Shown in pieces: positions 10,081-18,389 of a stretch of 64,000 nucleotides of DNA. Every line of letters starts with the position of its first letter. The stretch's first letter is position 1. A program made the position numbers and the translations under genes. The stretch spans positions 189,681 through 253,680 of the forward strand of contig CAWBPM010000003.1 of the NCBI GenBank assembly GCA_963790825.1. The letters are read 5' to 3'. This DNA is from Candidatus Levyibacteriota bacterium (lineage in GTDB: Bacteria; Patescibacteriota; Microgenomatia; Levybacterales; UBA12049). The notes beneath the pieces were generated by a model that saw nothing but the letters and a program-made list of their open reading frames with translations, did not search any database and was not told where the DNA came from.

Positions 10081-11085
10081 ATGAATGAAAAAGAAACCCT
10101 AAAAAACATAATTTTAATCAATGATAATTCTTTAATTGATAGTCATACTCATTGTGGTTTTGGTCATTACAACCTAATACAACAAAGATATCCGACCAGT
10201 CAAAGTGTAATAGACTTAGAATCAAAAACCGAATTGGCTGGCATTGATTTTGTTATTTCGTTCCCTTTTCCTGGAGAATTATATTATTTCGATATATTTG
10301 CAAATTCTGAAAGTGATTTGCCACAACATCCTCCAATTGAAAAATTTCCATATCATTTTGCAAATAGACAATTGTTATATGAGATTTCATTATTTGGCAA
10401 TAACAGAATTATACCATTCGCAAATATATATCCAAATCACGAAGAGGGGCAACAAGCTGATTATCTCGATGAATTAGCAAAACAAGGATTAATTTTTGGT
10501 CTTAAATTGCATACTCTAGCTACTCAGTATTCCGCTGAAGCTCTTGCCAAATCTCCATTTTTGGACGTTTCTCGTGCTCATTCGCTTCCGGTTATAATTC
10601 ATTCAGGTCCAGATGATATTTCTCATCCCATGAATGTTGTTGAATTAGCTGAAACAAATCCAGATATTCGATTTTGCATTGCACATATTGCTCGGTTTGA
10701 AAAACAAGTTTTTGATTACATTAGAAATAATAATTTACAAAATGTATTTATAGATACCGCCCCCTTGCTTTCCTTATGTAAACTTACACAACTTGATATA
10801 AATAATGGAATTGGCGGTGAAAAACTAAATTTACCGTATGATTCTCCTCAGCAAACTTTAGTAGAACTTTGTAAACTTATGCCTGGACATATTGTATGGG
10901 GAACAGACGAACCCTGGACGACTATTACAGACGACAAACAAAAGCAAATACTTATGAAGGCAAGATATGGAGACGAAGTAGCTATACTTAGATCTATTCC
11001 GCCTAAATTAACAAAAGAGATTGCACATGATAATCCAATTAAATTACTCTTCAGTAATTATGTACCATCTGAAATTCAATTATGA
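10081..11085 (+). CDS. Metal-dependent amidohydrolase (Amidohydro_2-like TIM barrel)
   Basis: IDSHTH, GLKLH, IIHSG, IAH, WGTDEPW. Confidence 0.85.
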   Translation: MNEKETLKNIILINDNSLIDSHTHCGFGHYNLIQQRYPTSQSVIDLESKTELAGIDFVISFPFPGELYYFDIFANSESDLPQHPPIEKFPYHFANRQLLYEISLFGNNRIIPFANIYPNHEEGQQADYLDELAKQGLIFGLKLHTLATQYSAEALAKSPFLDVSRAHSLPVIIHSGPDDISHPMNVVELAETNPDIRFCIAHIARFEKQVFDYIRNNNLQNVFIDTAPLLSLCKLTQLDINNGIGGEKLNLPYDSPQQTLVELCKLMPGHIVWGTDEPWTTITDDKQKQILMKARYGDEVAILRSIPPKLTKEIAHDNPIKLLFSNYVPSEIQL

Positions 11086-12548
11086 TATTAACTAAAAAAA
11101 ATAGAAAACAAGCGGAATTATTTTTTAATGACGTAATTAAATTAGGTTTGGATTTCAAATTACAAAATTCGGTTACCCCAAAATACTTAACAGAAAAAAA
11201 TGGGAAAAAATTAATAAAAAAACTTCCAATTAAGGGAAAATCTGAAAAAGAGATTTTAGAAGAATTTAAAAAAGAGATTTTACCCTATTGCACAAATTTT
11301 AGTAGTAATAATTTTATGGGTTTTCCAGATTCAGGCAATTCAGTTGCTGCAATTGGAGCTTCGTTTTTATATAACCTCTTGCAACAAAATCTAATTAATC
11401 AAAGTTTTTGTGGACCTTCTGCAACTTTTATAGAAATTTCCGTAATTAGATGGTTAAGAGAAACTGTAGGTTATAAAAATGGTTCTATATCAGACATTTG
11501 GGATGTAGGTGGAATAATAACTCCTGGTGGAACAGCTAGTAACGCTATTGGGGCACTTCTTGCTAGAGAAAATAGATTTCCCAATGCAATGGAAAATGGA
11601 ATATCAGACCTTGATAGATGCTGGATGATTGTTCCTAAGGGAATTGGTCATTATAGTATAAAAAGTGGTCAAATGTGGGTGGGTTGTGGAAACAAGTTAA
11701 TTGAAGTAGAAACAAATAATTTTAGATACGACCTGAATGATCTTAAAGCCAAGCTGGAGAAGAACCGAGGAAAAATTATGGGTCTTGTGGCATATGCTGG
11801 AGACAGTAGAACGATGACTGTTGACAATTTTCAAGCAATTGCAAAATTAGTTAAATCAATTGATCCAACCATATGGCTACATGCAGACGCTTGTCATGGT
11901 TTCAGTTTAGGTTTTAGTAAAAATCTAAAATATAAACTAAAAGGAATCGAAAAATTTGACAGCATAACCATGGATCCTCACAAAGTATTAGCTACACCAT
12001 ATGCCATTAGTGCTCTATTGGTAAAAGATCCTCATAAACTAAAAACAATTACTAGTTTGTCAGATTTAATTATGCAAGAAAAATTTGCTTTTGGGCAAAT
12101 TACCCCCTTCTTAGGTAGTAGATCCTGGGAATCTCTTAAACTGTGGTTTTTTATGAAAAACTTGGGTAAAGAAGGTTTAGATGATCTTATCCAAAAAAGA
12201 CATGAGTTAGCAATATATTTATCTGACAGATTAAAGATTGATTCAGACTTTATTGTTTTAAATGAAGTTGAGATTAATTCAGTTGTATTTATGTATAAAG
12301 GAAAAATAAAATTAAATGAAATAGATAAATTAAATTTAATAAATAAAAAGATACATGAACTTATAATAAAAGAGGGAAAGTATCATTTACACCAATTTAG
12401 TATTCCAGACTCCGGAAGAATAAAAAGCGGAGAGATAATCTACCCACAAAGATATATGTGTGGAAATCCAAACACAACAAAAAAAGATATACTTGAAATG
12501 GTCGAATATGTAAGAAAATTAGGTAAAAAAAATGAAAAATTACTATGA
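11082..12548 (+). CDS. Group II PLP-dependent amino-acid decarboxylase
   Basis: GGTASN, HYSI, WLHADACHG, DSITMDPHK (PLP Lys), LKLW; ATGA overlap with the upstream gene. Confidence 0.9.
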   Translation: MILTKKNRKQAELFFNDVIKLGLDFKLQNSVTPKYLTEKNGKKLIKKLPIKGKSEKEILEEFKKEILPYCTNFSSNNFMGFPDSGNSVAAIGASFLYNLLQQNLINQSFCGPSATFIEISVIRWLRETVGYKNGSISDIWDVGGIITPGGTASNAIGALLARENRFPNAMENGISDLDRCWMIVPKGIGHYSIKSGQMWVGCGNKLIEVETNNFRYDLNDLKAKLEKNRGKIMGLVAYAGDSRTMTVDNFQAIAKLVKSIDPTIWLHADACHGFSLGFSKNLKYKLKGIEKFDSITMDPHKVLATPYAISALLVKDPHKLKTITSLSDLIMQEKFAFGQITPFLGSRSWESLKLWFFMKNLGKEGLDDLIQKRHELAIYLSDRLKIDSDFIVLNEVEINSVVFMYKGKIKLNEIDKLNLINKKIHELIIKEGKYHLHQFSIPDSGRIKSGEIIYPQRYMCGNPNTTKKDILEMVEYVRKLGKKNEKLL

Positions 12549-13207
12549 AAATTTCCCTGAAGAAAATAATTTTTGATTTTGAACCATATTTTAAAGAATA
12601 CTTTAGAAACAGAAAATATTTTGTATGTTTGTATGGTTCACATTTAACCAACAAAGCAAATGTACATTCTGACATAGATATCTTTATTGCACTACCTAAA
12701 TACACAAAGACTGATTTAAAAATTATTAAAAAATTTATTATTAATTATCATATTAAAAACAAATTAGAACTTGACAACGAAGTTCCATACGCAAATAAAT
12801 TACTAATTACCTATTCAGATTTGGATAAAGCTGTAAAGTTAGGTGGATTAAGTATTGAAAACGGGAAGTTAATTGTTCCTCCTATAATAAAAACTAAAAA
12901 ATTTTTGTCTTCCAAAAAAGTTAAATTAAGACTTGCATTTAACGCTTTAACTTCACCGCACAAATTTTTTGGTACAGATTTAGATCAATACTTTAAAATG
13001 AAAGAATTTGCAGAAAGTAATTTATTTTATCTATCCAAAACGTTTACAATCAAAAAAAAATTATCAATTAATAATTTAGTAGAAACTTTAATTAAAGGGG
13101 CGGATGGTGAAACTGGAGAGTTATATTTAGGTTATAAATCACACCCATTAGTATTAAAATATTTAAATAATATTATTAAAATCGAAAATCAAAGATCGGT
13201 TAAATAA
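12545..13207 (+). CDS. Pol-beta superfamily nucleotidyltransferase-domain protein
   Basis: LYGS..HSDIDIFI motif; ATGA overlap with the decarboxylase gene. Confidence 0.72.
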   Translation: MKISLKKIIFDFEPYFKEYFRNRKYFVCLYGSHLTNKANVHSDIDIFIALPKYTKTDLKIIKKFIINYHIKNKLELDNEVPYANKLLITYSDLDKAVKLGGLSIENGKLIVPPIIKTKKFLSSKKVKLRLAFNALTSPHKFFGTDLDQYFKMKEFAESNLFYLSKTFTIKKKLSINNLVETLIKGADGETGELYLGYKSHPLVLKYLNNIIKIENQRSVK

Positions 13208-13351
13208 ATCATGATTCAAAATAAAATCGAGACATAAAATTATTTTAGGAAAATTATATTTACTGATTTAGTTTTATTAATTGAATATTTCTTATAACCC
13301 CTATTCTGGATTTATATAATATTTAATACTATAATATATTAACGAAGCTAA

Positions 13352-15043
13352 ATGAGTATAAATAAAACAGCTAATAAAGAAAAAAGATTTATAGGGGTTG
13401 CCTGGCCTTACGTTAATGGCGACTTACATATAGGACATCTGGCAGGTTATCTACTTCCAGCAGATATTTTTGCGAGATATTCACGATCAGCGGGCTATGA
13501 TGTTTTAATGGTATCGGGATCTGACTGCTTCGGAACACCTATAACCATAGAGGCAGATAAACAAGGTGAGTCACCGAAAAATATTGTTAAAAAATATCAT
13601 TCCAAAGATGTGTATTTATTTAAGAGAATCCTACATCTTTCTTATGATATATATACAAAAACAAATACCCAAAATCACATCAGTGTTGTACAAGATATGT
13701 TTCTTAAACTTTTAGAAAATGGTTTGATTTCTATTAATACTACGAAACAATATTACTCCCCCATTGATAAAAAGTTCTTACCCGATCGATATGTAGAAGG
13801 AGAATGTAAAAATTGTGGATTCTTAGAAGCGCGTAGCGATCAATGTGATAATTGCGGAAAAGTTCTCGATACGGGAGATATTAAGAATCCAATAAGTAAG
13901 TTAACTGGTGCAAATGTTGAATTAAGAGATACTCAACATTATTTTATAAATTGGCCAAAATTAGAAAAGAATATTGAAGAATATGTTAATAAAAATGGAC
14001 AGCAATGGAAGAAATGGGTCTTCGCTGAAACTCTCGGATGGCTAAAGCAGGGCTTAAAACCCAGAGCAATTACTAGGGATTTAGATTGGGGCGTTCCTTT
14101 ACCCATAAAAAGGATGCCAAAAAATTTAATAATAAATAATATTGAAAATAAACGTTTATATGTTTGGTTTGATGCAGTAATAGGATATTTATCCGCTTCT
14201 ATTCTATGGTCAAAAGAAACTGGCAAAAATTGGGAAATATTTTGGAAAGATAATTCTACTCGTCATTATTACTTTATGGGTAAAGACAACCTTATATTTC
14301 ACACTATTTTTTGGCCTGGGCAACTAATGGGTTACGATAAAAATCTTAAATTACCTGACATCGTAAGTATAAACATGTTTTTAAACTTAGATGGTAATCA
14401 ATTTTCAAAAAGTCGTGGCGTAACAATTTCAATTGAAGAAATTGTTAGAAAATTTGGTAACGACTCTGTTAGATTTTACTTAACACTTATCATGCCAGAA
14501 ATCAAAGATTCTAGCTTTAATTGGAATGATTTTTATAAACAAAATGATGATATATTGGTTGGAAATTTAGGTAATTTTATACATCGTGTTTTGTCAATTT
14601 CATTTAATTCTGGGACCAAGCAGCTTGTTAAAACAGAAATCAATTCAAAAATTAAATCAAATATTACAAACGCATTTAATAAATCCCATGAATATTTAAA
14701 CAATTGTGAATTTAAAAAATATTTAAATTCTATATTAGATTTATCAACAGTTGGAAACCAATACCTAAATGATATTAAATTATGGGAAATAAGAAAATCT
14801 AACAAATTAAAGTTTGACCAAGAACTTGTTCAATTATTTTCTATTATTATATCCATTGGGTATTTGATCTCTCCTTTAATGCCGGAAAGTTCTGATAAAA
14901 TTTTCAAAATGATTGGATTAGAAACTAATATGCCTTGGCCCAACCATAATTATGAAATTGATAATATAAGAGATTTATTATCTAAAGTAAAAATTAATAA
15001 GAAACCAATAATATTATTCTCAAAAATAACAACTAAATATTAA
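13352..15043 (+). CDS. metG: Methionyl-tRNA synthetase paralog 2
   Basis: VAWPYVNG.LHIGH, GSDCFGTP, CKNC/CDNC, RDLDWG, YVWFDAVIGY, GKDNLIFH, QFSKS. Confidence 0.93.
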   Translation: MSINKTANKEKRFIGVAWPYVNGDLHIGHLAGYLLPADIFARYSRSAGYDVLMVSGSDCFGTPITIEADKQGESPKNIVKKYHSKDVYLFKRILHLSYDIYTKTNTQNHISVVQDMFLKLLENGLISINTTKQYYSPIDKKFLPDRYVEGECKNCGFLEARSDQCDNCGKVLDTGDIKNPISKLTGANVELRDTQHYFINWPKLEKNIEEYVNKNGQQWKKWVFAETLGWLKQGLKPRAITRDLDWGVPLPIKRMPKNLIINNIENKRLYVWFDAVIGYLSASILWSKETGKNWEIFWKDNSTRHYYFMGKDNLIFHTIFWPGQLMGYDKNLKLPDIVSINMFLNLDGNQFSKSRGVTISIEEIVRKFGNDSVRFYLTLIMPEIKDSSFNWNDFYKQNDDILVGNLGNFIHRVLSISFNSGTKQLVKTEINSKIKSNITNAFNKSHEYLNNCEFKKYLNSILDLSTVGNQYLNDIKLWEIRKSNKLKFDQELVQLFSIIISIGYLISPLMPESSDKIFKMIGLETNMPWPNHNYEIDNIRDLLSKVKINKKPIILFSKITTKY

Positions 15044-16037
15044 AGACTTTTACTGCCTCTTCTTCAGAGAGTGGATAAAAACAAAAAACCTTTCTATCGT
15101 TTTTAGAATAATCCAACAAATTTAGAATCTTTCCATTCCCATTAACCAAAACTAATCTTGAGTTATTTGAATCTGCTATGAGATATTTACTACCAGCTAT
15201 CTCAATAGCATCTTGAACCCAATTAAAATTATTTTTAATCTCCTTAATTATTTTGAATTTTTCTGTTAAAACTAACACTCTATTATTTAAAGTATCACTT
15301 ACAATATATCCTAAATTTGAATATCTTATATTGTGTGGACATTTTAATCCGCTTAATTTAGTATTCCATTTTTTTGTATTCTTATCTATCTCTATTACAC
15401 TCCCCTGATGAAATAAAGTTGCTAATATTTTATTATCACCAATTTCTAAGCAACTATTTATGTGTGTTACATGCTCTGGCGTAGCCGTTACTACTTTAGT
15501 ATAGTCACAATTTTTATCTATAACTCTTCTATTTCCTTGTGGATTTAATGCAAAACCATTCTCTGTTGCAAGCCAATCCCAAACAAAATTACTAAAATTA
15601 GAATTATTAAATTCAAGTATACTATCCGTACCTGTTGAAACAACAAATAAGTTGCCATTTTTACTTTTTGATAACCCATGTAAATCATTAAACATTTTGT
15701 TTGTGTATTGTTCTTGGACTATTCCATTCGTTATAAACTTTATAGTTTTGCCGCTTGCACAAAAAAGACCACCACGCTCAGTGTCATATTCTAGACCAGT
15801 TGCCCATGGTAATGGAATTTCGGATATAAAGCCTTTATCTAATCTTGTTGCATCTATTAAGCAAACAGCACCACCTAGTTGCGTATCTTCAGTTTTAATA
15901 GTGGTTGATTTTGATCGACCGAGGAATTTTTTATGCTCTGCATCTCTTTGTTTCCATTGTTGCCTAAGTATTTTAAGACCTTTAGGATCTGTTGCTAAAA
16001 AACTAACAGCAAATAACTCTTTTTTTATCTTTTTCAT
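15033..16037 (-). CDS. Beta-propeller protein with conserved His motifs, possibly arylsulfotransferase-like
   Basis: Blade-like repeats (VSTGTDSIL, VSDTLNNRV, IADSNNSRL) plus DLHGL, HINS and PHNI. Confidence 0.5.
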   Translation of the reverse strand: MKKIKKELFAVSFLATDPKGLKILRQQWKQRDAEHKKFLGRSKSTTIKTEDTQLGGAVCLIDATRLDKGFISEIPLPWATGLEYDTERGGLFCASGKTIKFITNGIVQEQYTNKMFNDLHGLSKSKNGNLFVVSTGTDSILEFNNSNFSNFVWDWLATENGFALNPQGNRRVIDKNCDYTKVVTATPEHVTHINSCLEIGDNKILATLFHQGSVIEIDKNTKKWNTKLSGLKCPHNIRYSNLGYIVSDTLNNRVLVLTEKFKIIKEIKNNFNWVQDAIEIAGSKYLIADSNNSRLVLVNGNGKILNLLDYSKNDRKVFCFYPLSEEEAVKVFNI

Positions 16038-16121
16038 AGTCTTATTTATATTAAAAATTTAATAATATAGCATATTTATAATTACAATCCTTATTTTGGT
16101 TTACTAATATATAAATATGTA

Positions 16122-16328
16122 TTACCTTTTTATACCCCAAGAAATTTTATTCCAACTCCTCTCATGAAAGTAATAGAATACTAATTTTATAAGTCCATCT
16201 AAACCACCTATGCTTAATGAAATTAAAAGTTTATGTGTAAAAAAGAAAACAATACTTGCAGTTATAAAGGAAGCAATAATTCTCCAGGTGATTGTTTTAA
16301 TTATACTTCTTAGACGATGTTCATTCAT
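16122..16328 (-). CDS. DUF2061 small membrane protein
   Basis: RSIIKTITWRIIA..YYFHERSWNKISWG family signature. Confidence 0.88.
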   Translation of the reverse strand: MNEHRLRSIIKTITWRIIASFITASIVFFFTHKLLISLSIGGLDGLIKLVFYYFHERSWNKISWGIKR

Positions 16329-16354
16329 ATGTAATATAATTTACAAAATTAAAA

Positions 16355-18013
16355 CTAATTCTTAATATATTTATTTTTTTGTAAAAAATTAATTATTTCA
16401 TTTACACAGGAGGATACACTTCTATTTGCAGTATTTATATTTAATTCTGAATTTTCAGGCACCTCATAATTATCATCTTTGCCTGTAAGCCCTTTAAGCT
16501 TACCAATGCTTTGCATTTTATATAAACCTTTTTCATCTCTTTTAATACATATATTTAAGGGTGTAGATACATATATCTCAACATAGTTTCCGTTTTTTTC
16601 TATCATGAACCTATTTTTTAATCTAGCTTCATTATACGGAGCTATAGCGGCACAAATAGTTATTCCTCCATGTCTTGTTACCTCATTAGCTACAAATCCA
16701 ATACGAGCAATATTTGTATCTCTATCCTCCTTGCTAAACCCTAAGCCTTTAGATAGATTTTGCCTTACGATATCTCCATCAAGTAATGTAATATTTTTTG
16801 TTTGCATTTCAAGCAGTTTAAAATATAACATTCTGGCTAGAGTAGACTTACCTGAAGACGGTAAACCTGTAAAAAAAATGGTTAATCCTTCTTTTTTCTG
16901 ACGATTAATATTATTTTTTATTTCTTTAATTACTTCCGGAAAAGAAAACCAAGACGGAATAGTCTCATTTTCTATAATCATTTTTCTAAATTGAGTACCT
17001 GAAATACTTTTAACAGTTTGATTTTTTTTTACCTCATTAATTGGCAAATAATCATTTATTTCCTCAACATAAACCATCTCATTAAAAAAAATCGGAACTA
17101 TGCCAATTTCATCTTTATATTTTTCAACAAGTTTCTGGGCCTCATAAGGATCGTAATAGGGTTTGCCATTCTTATCGCTTCCAGGACTTGCGTGATCTCT
17201 CCCAACTATAAAATGCGTACATCCATAGTTCTTTCTGATTATTGCATGGAGAATTGCTTCTCGTGGTCCGGCCATTCTCATTGCAAGAGGAAGAAGACTC
17301 AAATATCCAAAATCATTAATATATTTGTTATATAAGTAAATATAACATTTTGTTCTGGTAATATAATCTATGTCACCCTCTTTAGTCTCACCTACAGAAG
17401 GGTGCAATAGTATCTTTGCATGTTGTTCATTGGCCGCTCTTTTTATCATTGCAAAATGAGCCTTATGAAGAGGGTTTCTGGTTTGAAATCCTATTATTCT
17501 TTTCCATCCGAGTTTTTTAAATATTGTTTTTAATTCTTTAGGAGAATGTCTAAACTCAGAAAAATCAGATCTTTCTATATCGTGAATTTTTATTATTTTA
17601 CCTCCAACATAATATTTTCCGGTATTGAAAAATAATTGATTAACCCCAGAGTGATTTTTATCAGTAGTTCCATAAACTTTATTTGCTTCCAATATTTTAT
17701 TTGGTTCATAAATTGATTCGATAATTAAAAAGGCGATTGGTTTTCCAAATTCATCACAAAGTATAATTTTTTGTCCTACTGAGTATTTATTTTTATCATC
17801 AATATCTAAAACAATAGGAATTGGCCAGATACTTCCATTGCTTAAATGCATATTATTAACCACGCTTTCATAATCCATTTTATTTAGAAAACCTTGTAAT
17901 GGAGAAAACCCACCATTCACAATAAGTTCCAGGTCACATATTTGTCTTGTATTCAAAGTCAATCTTAATAGATCTGACTTTGATTTATTCCGAGAAGAGG
18001 AATTATTAATCAT
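16355..18013 (-). CDS. sat/cysC: Bifunctional sulfate adenylyltransferase / adenylylsulfate kinase (PAPS synthesis)
   Basis: GGFSPL, FQTRNPLHKAH, MRMAGPREA, HFIVGRDHA; kinase half has FTGLPSSGKST, LLDGD and LGFSKEDR. Confidence 0.95.
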   Translation of the reverse strand: MINNSSSRNKSKSDLLRLTLNTRQICDLELIVNGGFSPLQGFLNKMDYESVVNNMHLSNGSIWPIPIVLDIDDKNKYSVGQKIILCDEFGKPIAFLIIESIYEPNKILEANKVYGTTDKNHSGVNQLFFNTGKYYVGGKIIKIHDIERSDFSEFRHSPKELKTIFKKLGWKRIIGFQTRNPLHKAHFAMIKRAANEQHAKILLHPSVGETKEGDIDYITRTKCYIYLYNKYINDFGYLSLLPLAMRMAGPREAILHAIIRKNYGCTHFIVGRDHASPGSDKNGKPYYDPYEAQKLVEKYKDEIGIVPIFFNEMVYVEEINDYLPINEVKKNQTVKSISGTQFRKMIIENETIPSWFSFPEVIKEIKNNINRQKKEGLTIFFTGLPSSGKSTLARMLYFKLLEMQTKNITLLDGDIVRQNLSKGLGFSKEDRDTNIARIGFVANEVTRHGGITICAAIAPYNEARLKNRFMIEKNGNYVEIYVSTPLNICIKRDEKGLYKMQSIGKLKGLTGKDDNYEVPENSELNINTANRSVSSCVNEIINFLQKNKYIKN

Positions 18014-18325
18014 AATCTAATTAGGAACCAATTATATCAAATTAAGGCACGAAACTATAGCTGTTTATGAATTATGAGGGAATAATAATTTTTATTTAAT
18101 AATCTAAATTTTTCTTAATTCATTTGTGCCGCATATCTTGAGTTATACGACATGAATTTAAAACCATATGGTCACGGATGATTATAAACTTAGACTTATA
18201 GAAAATTTTAGGGTTTTAAAAATATCCGAAATTACAAAAATTTACAAGGCTGGGAAATTTCGTCTATGTGGCACTAAAAATAAACGATTAGATTGTAAAA
18301 TCAAGCTATCAATTAGGATAATGAC

Positions 18326-18389
18326 ATTTTTTGTCCTTAGACTTTGCTCAGGACTGCGCTAAGTTTAATTGGGAAAATGACAGCGCTTG
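18326..18389. repeat. Right direct repeat (att-like), overlapping the last 25 nt of secA
   Basis: Matches 5292-5355 with 4 mismatches. Confidence 0.9.

Larger units (their letters stand above)
5292..18389. mobile_element. Genomic island (~13 kb) at the 3' end of secA; no integrase seen
   Basis: Flanking 64-bp direct repeats; visibly more AT-rich than neighbouring core genes, especially 9000-18300; accessory gene content. Confidence 0.8.
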
